Shown here piece after piece: positions 1-7,739 of a DNA stretch of 19,889 bases. The notes under the pieces were generated by a model. The model searched no databases. It saw only the letters and a program-made list of their open reading frames with translations, and had not been told where the DNA came from. Where the stretch lies: NCBI GenBank assembly GCA_046758705.1, contig JBHIAT010000056.1:1-19889 (forward strand), given 5' to 3'. This DNA is from Candidatus Bipolaricaulia bacterium. Lineage in GTDB: Bacteria > Bipolaricaulota > Bipolaricaulia > JBHIAT01. Each line of letters opens with the position of its first letter. The first letter of the stretch is position 1. A program made the translations under genes and the position numbers.

Positions 1-51
1 GATCGCCCAAAAGGGAGACAAAATTCCTTGCGATACTTCAACTACAGTCCA

Positions 52-1008
52 CTAGGTCGTCGGAGCCATCTCGGGTCGGACAGTGAGCTGTGTTCTCTTT
101 CCCCGTCTCAGGATCACTAACTCGTAATCTCGCTCGACCGGGTTCTCATCCAGAAATCGATGGAGATCGTCGATATCCTCCACCGGACTCCCGGCGATGC
201 TGAGAATAATATCTCGGTCCCGCAGCCCCGCCTGTTTTGCCGGGCTCCCGCGCCCAACCTCCATGACCATCACCCCGCTCTCCTGTTCGATCCCCAGATC
301 CCACTTCACCTGACGGAGCAGCGGCCACCGCTGGGCCGAGATCCCCAGATATCCCCGGGACACCACCCCGTGGGTGATCAGCATTCCGCTCACCCGTTTT
401 GCCGTGTTCGCCGGGATGGCGAAGCAGATCCCCTGAGCGTATTGGATAATGGCAGTGTTGATCCCGATCACCTCGCCTCGGGCGTTGACCAGGGGCCCGC
501 CGGAGCTGCCGGGGTTAAGCGCCGCGTCGGTCTGGATGATGTTCTCGATCAAGCGCCCGGTCTGGGTCCTGAGCGACCGACCCAGGGCGCTGATCACCCC
601 GGCGGTGGCGGTGGACTGGAAACCGAGCGGGTTGCCGATCGCCACCACCAGTTGGCCGACCCGAAGCGATCCGGAATCGCCCAACTCCGCCGTCGGCAGA
701 TCGCTCTGGGAGACGCGGACCACCGCCAGATCGGTGTGCGGATCCTCACCGACGAGCTTCCCACGGAACGACCGTCCGTCGTTCAGGTTGACCTCGATCT
801 GTCCGACCTGATGCACCACGTGGCTGTTGGTCAATACGTATCCGTCGGGTGTGATGACCGTTCCGGAGCCCTTCCCCTGGCGTTGGGATCCCTGCCGCCC
901 TCCGGCCTGGACCACATCGATGTTGACCACCGCCGGGCTGATCTGCTCGGTGACACCCACCACCACCTGAGAGTAGGCATCTAACGCTCTGGCTTCTGTA
1001 TCATCCAT
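52..1008 (-). CDS. HtrA/DegP-family trypsin-like serine protease with one C-terminal PDZ domain; no obvious signal peptide or TM anchor
   Basis: Catalytic triad contexts LTNSHVV, DLAVV and NPGSSGGPL; GSGTVI and IGNPLG motifs; IQTDAA; PDZ motifs GYLGI and GSPAKQAGLRDRDIIL. Confidence 0.93.
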   Translation of the reverse strand: MDDTEARALDAYSQVVVGVTEQISPAVVNIDVVQAGGRQGSQRQGKGSGTVITPDGYVLTNSHVVHQVGQIEVNLNDGRSFRGKLVGEDPHTDLAVVRVSQSDLPTAELGDSGSLRVGQLVVAIGNPLGFQSTATAGVISALGRSLRTQTGRLIENIIQTDAALNPGSSGGPLVNARGEVIGINTAIIQYAQGICFAIPANTAKRVSGMLITHGVVSRGYLGISAQRWPLLRQVKWDLGIEQESGVMVMEVGRGSPAKQAGLRDRDIILSIAGSPVEDIDDLHRFLDENPVERDYELVILRRGKRTQLTVRPEMAPTT

Positions 1009-1063
1009 GATGATCGATCATTCTGTCCCCATCTGACGGGGAACGTCTCCCCTCCTTTACAGC

Positions 1064-1735
1064 TCAACCGAGCAACAGCCGTTGAGCCCAGATGGCCACC
1101 GGAGCGATGATCCGCCCCAACAGGCCGAGCCACAACAGCGCGAAGATGATCAGAAAGCCGAACGGCTCGATCCGGGCCATGAATATCTTTCCCTCTGGTG
1201 GCAGAAAGTAGTTCAGGATGCGGGAGCCGTCCAGTGGAGGGATGGGGATCAAGTTGAACACGCCGAGGATGACGTTGATGATCACGAACCACCCCAAAAG
1301 CAACGCTAGCGCCTCCAGGCTGTTGGTGGCAACCTCCCCCCCCAAGGAGTCCGGAGAGAACGGGGAGCGGATCGCAGCCCTGATGAACCGCCAGATGAGC
1401 GCACCCAGCAAGGCCATGATACCGTTCATCGCCGGTCCGGCGAACGCCACCAGCAGCATCCCCTGATATGGCTTCTTGAAATGCCGCGGATCGATGGGTA
1501 CCGGCTTGGCCCACCCGAAGATCACACCCCCGAAGATCGCCAGCAAGGCCGGCAGGATGATCGTTCCGAATGGGTCAATATGGGGGATCGGATTGAGTGT
1601 CAGCCGGCCCTGGCGCCTGGCGGTGGGATCGCCGAGTCGGTAGGCCACCCAGGCATGAGCGTACTCGTGAAACACGACCGCCCCGAGGATCGCAATGAAC
1701 TGCAGGATAATCACCAGTACTCTCTCAACATTCAT
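1064..1735 (-). CDS. Site-2 protease family (M50) intramembrane metalloprotease
   Basis: HExxH (FHEYAHA), AGP motif and FNLIPIPPLDG; several hydrophobic segments; SD-like GGAGG upstream of ATG. Confidence 0.93.
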   Translation of the reverse strand: MNVERVLVIILQFIAILGAVVFHEYAHAWVAYRLGDPTARRQGRLTLNPIPHIDPFGTIILPALLAIFGGVIFGWAKPVPIDPRHFKKPYQGMLLVAFAGPAMNGIMALLGALIWRFIRAAIRSPFSPDSLGGEVATNSLEALALLLGWFVIINVILGVFNLIPIPPLDGSRILNYFLPPEGKIFMARIEPFGFLIIFALLWLGLLGRIIAPVAIWAQRLLLG

Positions 1736-1759
1736 GGGCCGTGCCTCCCCACTCTCCTC

Positions 1760-3511
1760 TCAGCTCAGTTGAGACTCCTCGACCGGTTCCGGGGCCACAG
1801 TGAGCGTCCGCTCCCGGGTGAGGATGACCGCCCCCGGCTTCGCTCCCTTCGGCTTTCTCAGATACTTCACCTGGGTATAGCTCACCTCAGCCCAGGTCGC
1901 ATTCCGGGCCTTCGAGTGGTAGGCGGCGAGCGCAGCCGCTTTATGGAGCACCGTATCCGGGACCCGTTCCGGTTGGTTGTTCGTCTTGAGGATCACGTGA
2001 GCCCCGGGGACACCGCGCGCGTGGAACCAGTAATCGGTCCGTGCCGCCTCCCGGATCAGCCGATCGTTCTGCCGGCCGTTGCGCCCGACCAGAACCGGGT
2101 ATCCGTCCAGCGAATACCTGCGCGGTTGCGACCGGATCCCCTGAGTTCGATCTCGACGGCGTAATCCGACAGCGCCTTCCACTTCCCGATACCCCTGCTC
2201 GCGGAGTTCATCGGCGATCTCCTCTAAATCTGCGACCCACTCCGCCTGGGACAGGTGATGGGTCACCTCCCTCAGGTAAGTCAGTTCGGCCTCTAACTCC
2301 TGTTGGCGTTTCGCCAGTTTCACCGCCCCCCGCTTCAGCTTCTTGTACCTGCGATAGTACCTCTGGGCGTTCTGCTTGGAGGACAACCTGGGATCGAGCG
2401 AGATGGTCCGACTCCCACCCGCTTCAGCGAACAGATCCTCGACCTCGACCTCTCGGACTCCCGCCTCGATCCGATCGAGGTGCGTCAGGATGAGATCGCC
2501 GGCCTCCCGGTAGCGCTCGTACTCAAGCGCCTGGCTGCGGTCTGCTTCGACCCGTTCCAGTGCCCGTTCAACCTTGTTCACCTGACGAACTACGAATCTA
2601 TCAAGCGAATGGCGCAATGCCTCAAACCGCTCTCGCCCCCCGGCCCGATTGTGATATTCGTCCAGAGTGGCGGACGGTCCGTTTCGTCCGGCCGCCTCCA
2701 GGTTCTCAGCTCGGTAGCCAGCGAGTTCGAATGGCGCCACGGCGATCGGAGCACCGTCAGGGTCCCGGTACAGGGTCGGTTGATACGCACCGCGTCTGAT
2801 CCGATCGAAGAGCCCCGCAAACGCGCGCCACAGCTCAGCCTGTTCCTCATCCGAGAGTGAGTCGGTCGATCTGGAGGGCGGAATGTCTGCTTGTAGGGGG
2901 ATCTCTTTGGCCAGTTGGGGACCGATCCCCTGGATCCTAGCGAAGAGGGTCCGCCATACCTTCTCCTCGCCGCCAAGCAGTTGTTGAAATCCCGCCTCAT
3001 CGATCGTCATCGGGTTACGCTTCCCTTGGGAGGGCGGTGGTTGGTACGGTGCGCCCGGGATCAACGACCGGGGCGGACCGGTCCCCTGACGCATCGCTCC
3101 CAGGATTTGGCCGTCCGCGGTCCGCAGGATCACGTTGCTGTTTCTGCCCATCAGCTCAGCGCTCAGGATCCTCGTGCCCTCCCCCGCCCGCACATGAAGT
3201 TCGACGATTCGCTCGAGTTCAGGCTGTTCTATCCCGATCAAGATCCCGTTCCTTAAGTGCTTTCTTAGCAACATACAGAAGTTCGGTGGCCGTTCGGGGT
3301 TGTCAGGCGAACTCTCGGTCAGGTGGATGCGGGAGTTCTGCGAAACTGAGATCAACAGCCGATACGTTTTCAAATTCCACAGATGCAGGATCAGCAGACC
3401 CGCCTCCGGCTGGTAGATCTTGCGAATCCTCCCGCCGAGCAGTGTCGCCTTCAGTTCATCGACGATACACGCCAACATGACGCCGTCCAGGCCCATCCCC
3501 ATTACCATCAC
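1760..3511 (-). CDS. rqcH: Ribosome quality-control factor RqcH (NFACT/FbpA family); start may be 3511, 3508, 3502 or 3496
   Basis: NFACT-N (LLGGRIRKIYQP, FCMLLRKHL, ELER, ELMGRNSN), HhH (IQGIGPQLAKE), coiled coil with NAQRYYRRYKKLK, NFACT-R (VGRNGRQND, WFHARGVPGAHV, KPKGAKPGAV). Confidence 0.95.
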   Translation of the reverse strand: MMVMGMGLDGVMLACIVDELKATLLGGRIRKIYQPEAGLLILHLWNLKTYRLLISVSQNSRIHLTESSPDNPERPPNFCMLLRKHLRNGILIGIEQPELERIVELHVRAGEGTRILSAELMGRNSNVILRTADGQILGAMRQGTGPPRSLIPGAPYQPPPSQGKRNPMTIDEAGFQQLLGGEEKVWRTLFARIQGIGPQLAKEIPLQADIPPSRSTDSLSDEEQAELWRAFAGLFDRIRRGAYQPTLYRDPDGAPIAVAPFELAGYRAENLEAAGRNGPSATLDEYHNRAGGRERFEALRHSLDRFVVRQVNKVERALERVEADRSQALEYERYREAGDLILTHLDRIEAGVREVEVEDLFAEAGGSRTISLDPRLSSKQNAQRYYRRYKKLKRGAVKLAKRQQELEAELTYLREVTHHLSQAEWVADLEEIADELREQGYREVEGAVGLRRRDRTQGIRSQPRRYSLDGYPVLVGRNGRQNDRLIREAARTDYWFHARGVPGAHVILKTNNQPERVPDTVLHKAAALAAYHSKARNATWAEVSYTQVKYLRKPKGAKPGAVILTRERTLTVAPEPVEESQLS

Positions 3512-3517
3512 CGAATC

Positions 3518-3546
3518 AGTATACCAGTCGCAGTATACACCAACAA
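3518..3546 (-). promoter_or_regulatory. Putative sigma70 promoter of rqcH: TTGTTG-N17-TATACT with extended -10 TG
   Basis: Minus strand: -35 at 3546-3541, TGG at 3526-3524, -10 at 3523-3518; the GTG at 3511 follows 6 nt later. Confidence 0.6.
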
Positions 3547-3688
3547 GGTTTTCCAGACGTGAGGGGAACGTCGGGGCGGTGGGACACGGCCTCCCTGGGA
3601 ATCGGAGGTGCCATGATCATCACCGGCGTGGCACTGGCCGGTTGGGGCCGTTAATGCGGCGGACGATCTACGAACCGAAATTCGACGG

Positions 3689-3991
3689 TCAGCAACCGCA
3701 GCTCTTTGCCAGGTTCGGGCTGAAGATCGTGAACCCCTCACCCTGCTCACTGACGATGTAATCCAGGTGCGTTCCCTCGAGTTGCTCCTCGGAGTCGGGG
3801 TCCACGTGAATCTTGATGCCGTTGTATTCACGCAACGCTTCCTCAGAGAACGAGTTCTGCTTGAGCTCGGCCATGAGCCCCTCACAACCACACCCGGCAC
3901 GCTGAACAGCGAGCGCCAACACGTCGCGATCTGCCTCTTCCATCATCTTCTTGATCTTTTCAGCAGCCACGTCGGTGATCGTGATCTGCAT
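3689..3991 (-). CDS. HesB/IscA (A-type Fe-S carrier)-like protein, 100 aa
   Basis: MQITITDVAAEKIK start, GCGCEG, IHVDPDS..LEGTHLDY, GEGFTIFSPN, C-terminal SCGC. Start set at ATG 3991 (GAGGT SD and promoter upstream) instead of the ORF-track 4105. Confidence 0.85.
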   Translation of the reverse strand: MQITITDVAAEKIKKMMEEADRDVLALAVQRAGCGCEGLMAELKQNSFSEEALREYNGIKIHVDPDSEEQLEGTHLDYIVSEQGEGFTIFSPNLAKSCGC

Positions 3992-4025
3992 AATGGATTG
4001 ATACCTCACTTCTACATTCAGTGTT

Positions 4026-4054
4026 AGTGTACCACAATCCGAGGCCTTCATCAA
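4026..4054 (-). promoter_or_regulatory. Putative sigma70 promoter of the HesB-like gene: TTGATG-N17-TACACT with extended -10 TG
   Basis: Exact 17-nt spacing, TGG before TACACT, about 35 nt upstream of ATG 3991. Confidence 0.6.
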
Positions 4055-4140
4055 CCTCGGAGTTGTGGACCCGTTCACCCGCTCGATGATCCACAACTGT
4101 TCCATTCCTAAATTTATATTAACGGATCGAACGACGGATT

Positions 4141-4160
4141 CCTGTAAGGTTTATTACAGG
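4141..4160. promoter_or_regulatory. Perfect palindrome CCTGTAA-N6-TTACAGG, candidate operator
   Basis: 7-bp perfect arms, 8 nt upstream of the -35 of the qng1-tgt promoter. Confidence 0.4.
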
Positions 4161-4168
4161 TGAATCGG

Positions 4169-4197
4169 TTGTACCGAGCCCTCGTTTTCTCTATACT
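4169..4197 (+). promoter_or_regulatory. Putative sigma70 promoter of qng1-tgt: TTGTAC-N17-TATACT
   Basis: Near-consensus hexamers with 17-nt spacer; the -10 ends 14 nt before ATG 4212. Confidence 0.65.
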
Positions 4198-4211
4198 GAT
4201 GGACGATAGAG

Positions 4212-5174
4212 ATGAACGAGACGCTGGGTGTGCTGGAGACGACCCGAGGGGTGGTCGAGCGCAGTCAGGCAGTCCGGATCGACCGCCGGGCGATCGACGA
4301 ATTCTGCCACCGGCTTTTGGCGGAGAACGTTCGCCCTCCCGAATGGGATCGAAACGTCCATTTCTACGACGGCGGGGCACGAACCGTCCAGTACCTGTTG
4401 ATCCTGGACAGCTTGAACTTCTGCTTCTGGGGCGAGCCGCGATGGCGCATCGTTTACCGCGGACAGCCTCTGGACGGCTACAACGCGTTGGCCGCCGCGT
4501 TGAAGCGGACCGTCGAGGACGGGGGTCCAATCCTGGACGCAGATTATCTGTCTAAGATCTCCAAGATCGAGCTCCGCCATATCTTCCAAGCTGAGGGGAA
4601 GATTGCGCTGTTCGAGGAGCGGCTTCGTATCCTTCAGGAGACCGGTTCGGTTCTGGCCGAACGGTACGATGGAAGCGCAACCTCCCTGGTCGAGCGGGCC
4701 GGGGAACGAGCGGTCAAGCTCGCCAGGCGGTTGGTCGCTGACTTCCCGTCGTTTCGGGATGAAGCCAGTCATCGGGGCGATCGGGTCCGCTTCTACAAAC
4801 GGGCGCAGATCTTCGCCGCCGACCTCCACGGCGCCTTCGACGGGAAGGCGTGGGGGACGTTCACCGATCTGGATCGGCTCACCTGTTTTGCTGACTACAA
4901 GCTTCCGCAAGTGTTACGTCATCTGGGGATCTTGATCTATGCTCCGCCGCTTGCCGCGGCGGTGGATCTCAGGGAACCGATCGAGGCGGGGAGCGAGGTG
5001 GAGGTTGAGATTCGGGCGAGCACCGTCTGGGCGGTGGAGTGGATCCGAAGAGGTTTAGCGACGTCAGGCATGCCGCTGAAGTCGGTTGAGATCGATTGGA
5101 TCCTGTGGCATCTGGGGCAGCAGGAGCGGTTTAACAAGCACCCTCACCATCGGACGTTAACGGTTTTTTACTGA
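4212..5174 (+). CDS. qng1: Queuosine-nucleotide N-glycosylase/hydrolase (Q salvage protein, DUF2419/C9orf64/QNG1 family)
   Basis: Family motifs LDSLNFCFW, F.SFRD, FYKRAQIFAADL, LTCFADYKLPQVL, EVEIRA, EIDWILW and terminal HHRTLTVFY; adjacent to tgt. Confidence 0.93.
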   Translation: MNETLGVLETTRGVVERSQAVRIDRRAIDEFCHRLLAENVRPPEWDRNVHFYDGGARTVQYLLILDSLNFCFWGEPRWRIVYRGQPLDGYNALAAALKRTVEDGGPILDADYLSKISKIELRHIFQAEGKIALFEERLRILQETGSVLAERYDGSATSLVERAGERAVKLARRLVADFPSFRDEASHRGDRVRFYKRAQIFAADLHGAFDGKAWGTFTDLDRLTCFADYKLPQVLRHLGILIYAPPLAAAVDLREPIEAGSEVEVEIRASTVWAVEWIRRGLATSGMPLKSVEIDWILWHLGQQERFNKHPHHRTLTVFY

Positions 5175-5184
5175 GGGTATAGGG

Positions 5185-6396
5185 ATGAGCGTTTCATTCG
5201 AGGTCACCGTAAACGATCGGCAGACAGCGGCCCGGACCGGGGTTCTCAACACACCGCACGGGACGGTCGAGACCCCGGCGTTCGTGGCCGTCGCAACCCA
5301 GGCGACGGTCAAAGCGCTAACGCCGGACGATCTCAGAGGGGTCAGCATTCAGATGACCATTGCCAACACCTACCATCTCCATCTTCAGCCCGGTGAAGCG
5401 CGCGTCGCCGGACTCGGCGGATTGCACCGATTCATGGGCTGGGATGGCCCGATGATGACCGATTCGGGCGGGTTCCAGATCTTCAGTCTCGGGGCGGGGA
5501 AGGAACACGGCGTCGGGAAGATCGCCTCGATCTTCCCAGAAGAGTCCGGCCCAGGGGAACCGGAACCAGACTCCCCTAAAGAAAACTCGCTCGTCGAGAT
5601 CGATGAGGACGGGGTCGAATTCCGATCTCATCTGGACGGCTCGCTCCACCGTTTCACCCCGGAGGGCGTGATCGACATACAGAGACAGTTGGGAGCGGAC
5701 ATCATCCTGGTTTTGGATGAGTGCACTTCCCCACTCCACGACCGTGCGTATACGGAGCGGGCGATGGAGCGGACCCATCGCTGGGCGGTCCGCACCCTCC
5801 AGTACTATGCATCGCAGGCGAACAGGGATCAGGCACTGTTCGGGATCGTCCAGGGCGGCGCGTTCCAGGATCTGCGCGACAGCAGCGCACAGTTCATCGG
5901 GGGATTGGGGTTCGACGGGCTTGCGATCGGCGGCTCACTTGGTAAGTCGAAACGAGATATGCACCGCATCCTGGAGTGGACGGTGCCCCGGCTCCCGGAG
6001 CGATTGCCGAGACACCTGCTGGGGATCGGGGAGGTCGAGGATATCTTTGAGATCGTCTCCCGCGGGATCGATACGTTCGACTGCGCTGCCCCAACCCGAC
6101 TGGCACGCAACGGCGCCCTGTTCGTCCGAGGCGAGAAGAAATTTCGGATCCAGATCCTAAACGCCCGGTTCAAGGACGATCCAAGACCGGTAGCAGAAGG
6201 GTGTCGTTGCTACACCTGCCGGCATCTCTCTAGAGCCTATCTTCATCATCTGTTCAATGCCAACGAGTTGCTCTCCTACCGGCTGGCCAGCCTGCACAAC
6301 CTCTATTTCATCGAGTCGTTGGTGGAGGAGATCCGGGAGGCGATCCGGGCGGGATGGTTCTCGGAGCTCAGGCAGCGGTGGCTCGGTCATGCTTAA
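5185..6396 (+). CDS. tgt: tRNA-guanine(34) transglycosylase
   Basis: ARTG..TPHG..TP.F, ANTYHL, TDSGGFQ, LDEC, GIVQGG, HLLGIG, DTFDC..PTR.ARNG, Zn site CRCYTC...HNL. Confidence 0.97.
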   Translation: MSVSFEVTVNDRQTAARTGVLNTPHGTVETPAFVAVATQATVKALTPDDLRGVSIQMTIANTYHLHLQPGEARVAGLGGLHRFMGWDGPMMTDSGGFQIFSLGAGKEHGVGKIASIFPEESGPGEPEPDSPKENSLVEIDEDGVEFRSHLDGSLHRFTPEGVIDIQRQLGADIILVLDECTSPLHDRAYTERAMERTHRWAVRTLQYYASQANRDQALFGIVQGGAFQDLRDSSAQFIGGLGFDGLAIGGSLGKSKRDMHRILEWTVPRLPERLPRHLLGIGEVEDIFEIVSRGIDTFDCAAPTRLARNGALFVRGEKKFRIQILNARFKDDPRPVAEGCRCYTCRHLSRAYLHHLFNANELLSYRLASLHNLYFIESLVEEIREAIRAGWFSELRQRWLGHA

Positions 6397-6457
6397 GATA
6401 GGATGAGATAAGGTGATAGAACCGGGAGCACCCAATGCCGAAACTGTCTATAGTTAA

Positions 6458-7585
6458 TTAGAAAGTCATTTCGCAAATGGGACATACAAGATGCGCTAGG
6501 AACCAGTGGCCGTCAGCGTGTGTATCGAGGGGGACAAGTTTCAGCAAAATTGTGGTATTACATTGAGGGCATCGAAATTCGGTTAGGCCGATATCGCTCC
6601 ATAATTTTAGCGCATCTTCTCGACCTTCGACGATCGAAAGAGTATAAGAGCTCGTTTTTTGGTCTTTAGTGTCATTTTCCCCCAGAAAGGCGGGAATCTT
6701 GCTCAATATTTCGCGTGGTGTATGATAACCCTTTACCATGTAGTCATTTGCTCCTAACTCGAGGCCTTTTTGAATATTTTCTTTTTCTCCTAATACTGAA
6801 AGGATAATAACCGGTATTTCTTTTGTTGTCTCATCAGCACGAATTTTTTTCAAGAGCTCAAACCCATGAAGCTTCGGGAGTATTAAATCCAATAGAATTA
6901 AATCTGGTTTCTCGGTCTTGACCAGTTCCCATCCGCTTGCACCATCTTCAGCTTCTAGAATATTGTAACCACCACTTTCAAGAACATCATGGTAGATACG
7001 CCGAAATTCTACCTGATCCTCAACAATTAAAATGGTGCCTGTGTGGATGGTGGTCATATCTTTTCTCCCTAAATCGTCGGTTCTCTGGATGAGCGGGGGG
7101 CTCGCCTTCTCTTCCTCCTCCTGCTCGCTAGGGCCTCCGGGTTGCATTCGACCGTAAGTGATCTCGATCGTCCGTTTGATCTCGGCGGGGTTGGAGACAC
7201 ACGGCCGGATCTCCATACCTGTCTGGGTCCGCAGATCATCGATGATCATGACGTCATTGGGGTCGCCGATCGCCACCACCAGCCGATTGTCGGTCTTTTG
7301 GATCGGCATCACGATCTTGCGGCGGGCAAAATCCTCATCGACCAGCGCCAGCACGTCGCGATCGATCTCCTGGTCGGCCAGCTGGATATATTCATAGCCC
7401 GTCTGCTGGTAGAGCGCCTCGCCGAGATCCTCCTCGGTGATGAACCCTTCCTCGATCAGGATCTCACCGAGCAGTTTCCCAGTCCTATCGACCCTCTGAA
7501 TCGCCAGTGCCTTGTTTAATTCGGTCTCGGAGAGCACCCCCATGTCGATCAGGATCTCTCCCAAGCGATCACCGAACCTTGGCAC
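6458..7585 (-). CDS. MshEN/T2SSE_N + receiver (REC) + C-terminal CPxC...CPxC putative Zn-ribbon protein (copy A)
   Basis: RLGEILIDMGVLSETELNKALAIQ...LLGEILIEEGFITEEDLGEALYQQ; LVVAIGDP.D; REC motifs [31 protein letters not shown]; tail CPQC...CPIC. GTG start with AGAGGTG SD. Confidence 0.88.
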   Translation of the reverse strand: MPRFGDRLGEILIDMGVLSETELNKALAIQRVDRTGKLLGEILIEEGFITEEDLGEALYQQTGYEYIQLADQEIDRDVLALVDEDFARRKIVMPIQKTDNRLVVAIGDPNDVMIIDDLRTQTGMEIRPCVSNPAEIKRTIEITYGRMQPGGPSEQEEEEKASPPLIQRTDDLGRKDMTTIHTGTILIVEDQVEFRRIYHDVLESGGYNILEAEDGASGWELVKTEKPDLILLDLILPKLHGFELLKKIRADETTKEIPVIILSVLGEKENIQKGLELGANDYMVKGYHTPREILSKIPAFLGENDTKDQKTSSYTLSIVEGREDALKLWSDIGLTEFRCPQCNTTILLKLVPLDTHADGHWFLAHLVCPICEMTF

Positions 7586-7589
7586 CGTG

Positions 7590-7614
7590 GGTCACCTCTT
7601 TGTGATTATACCCC
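7590..7614 (-). promoter_or_regulatory. -10 box TATAAT plus SD AGAGGTG upstream of copy A
   Basis: Minus strand ggggTATAATcacaaAGAGGTGacccacgGTG; no convincing -35. Confidence 0.5.
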
Positions 7615-7662
7615 ACTTCACTACGTTCCGAACGGGACAGTACGCCGAAATCGTCCATATAC

Positions 7663-7737
7663 TTAGAAAGACCTTTTACAACTTGGACACGGACATACAA
7701 AATGTCCTGAGAACCAGTGGCCGTTAGCGCGTGTATT
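7663..7737 (-). pseudogene. Out-of-frame remnant of the Zn-ribbon tail of copy B
   Basis: Translates NTRANGHWFSGHFVCPCPSCKRSF*, aligning with DTHADGHWFLAHLVCPICEMTF* of copy A; begins 2 nt after the copy B stop codon. Confidence 0.85.
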
Positions 7738-7739
7738 GC

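Noticed and set aside
3612-3690. Superficial resemblance to tRNA-Sec (CCGGTTGGGGCCG...GCGG)
   Set aside because: No UCA anticodon loop, no properly placed T-arm and no acceptor stem.
3992-4105. 38-aa N-terminal extension of the HesB ORF in the ORF track
   Set aside because: It overlaps a good promoter and SD, and family similarity begins at ATG 3991.
4087-4122. DnaA-box-like TGATCCACA next to an AT run (oriC?)
   Set aside because: Only one mismatched box, no cluster and no origin-type gene context.
4021-4211. preQ1 riboswitch upstream of qng1-tgt
   Set aside because: No recognisable preQ1 consensus, and the predicted promoter leaves a leader under 10 nt.
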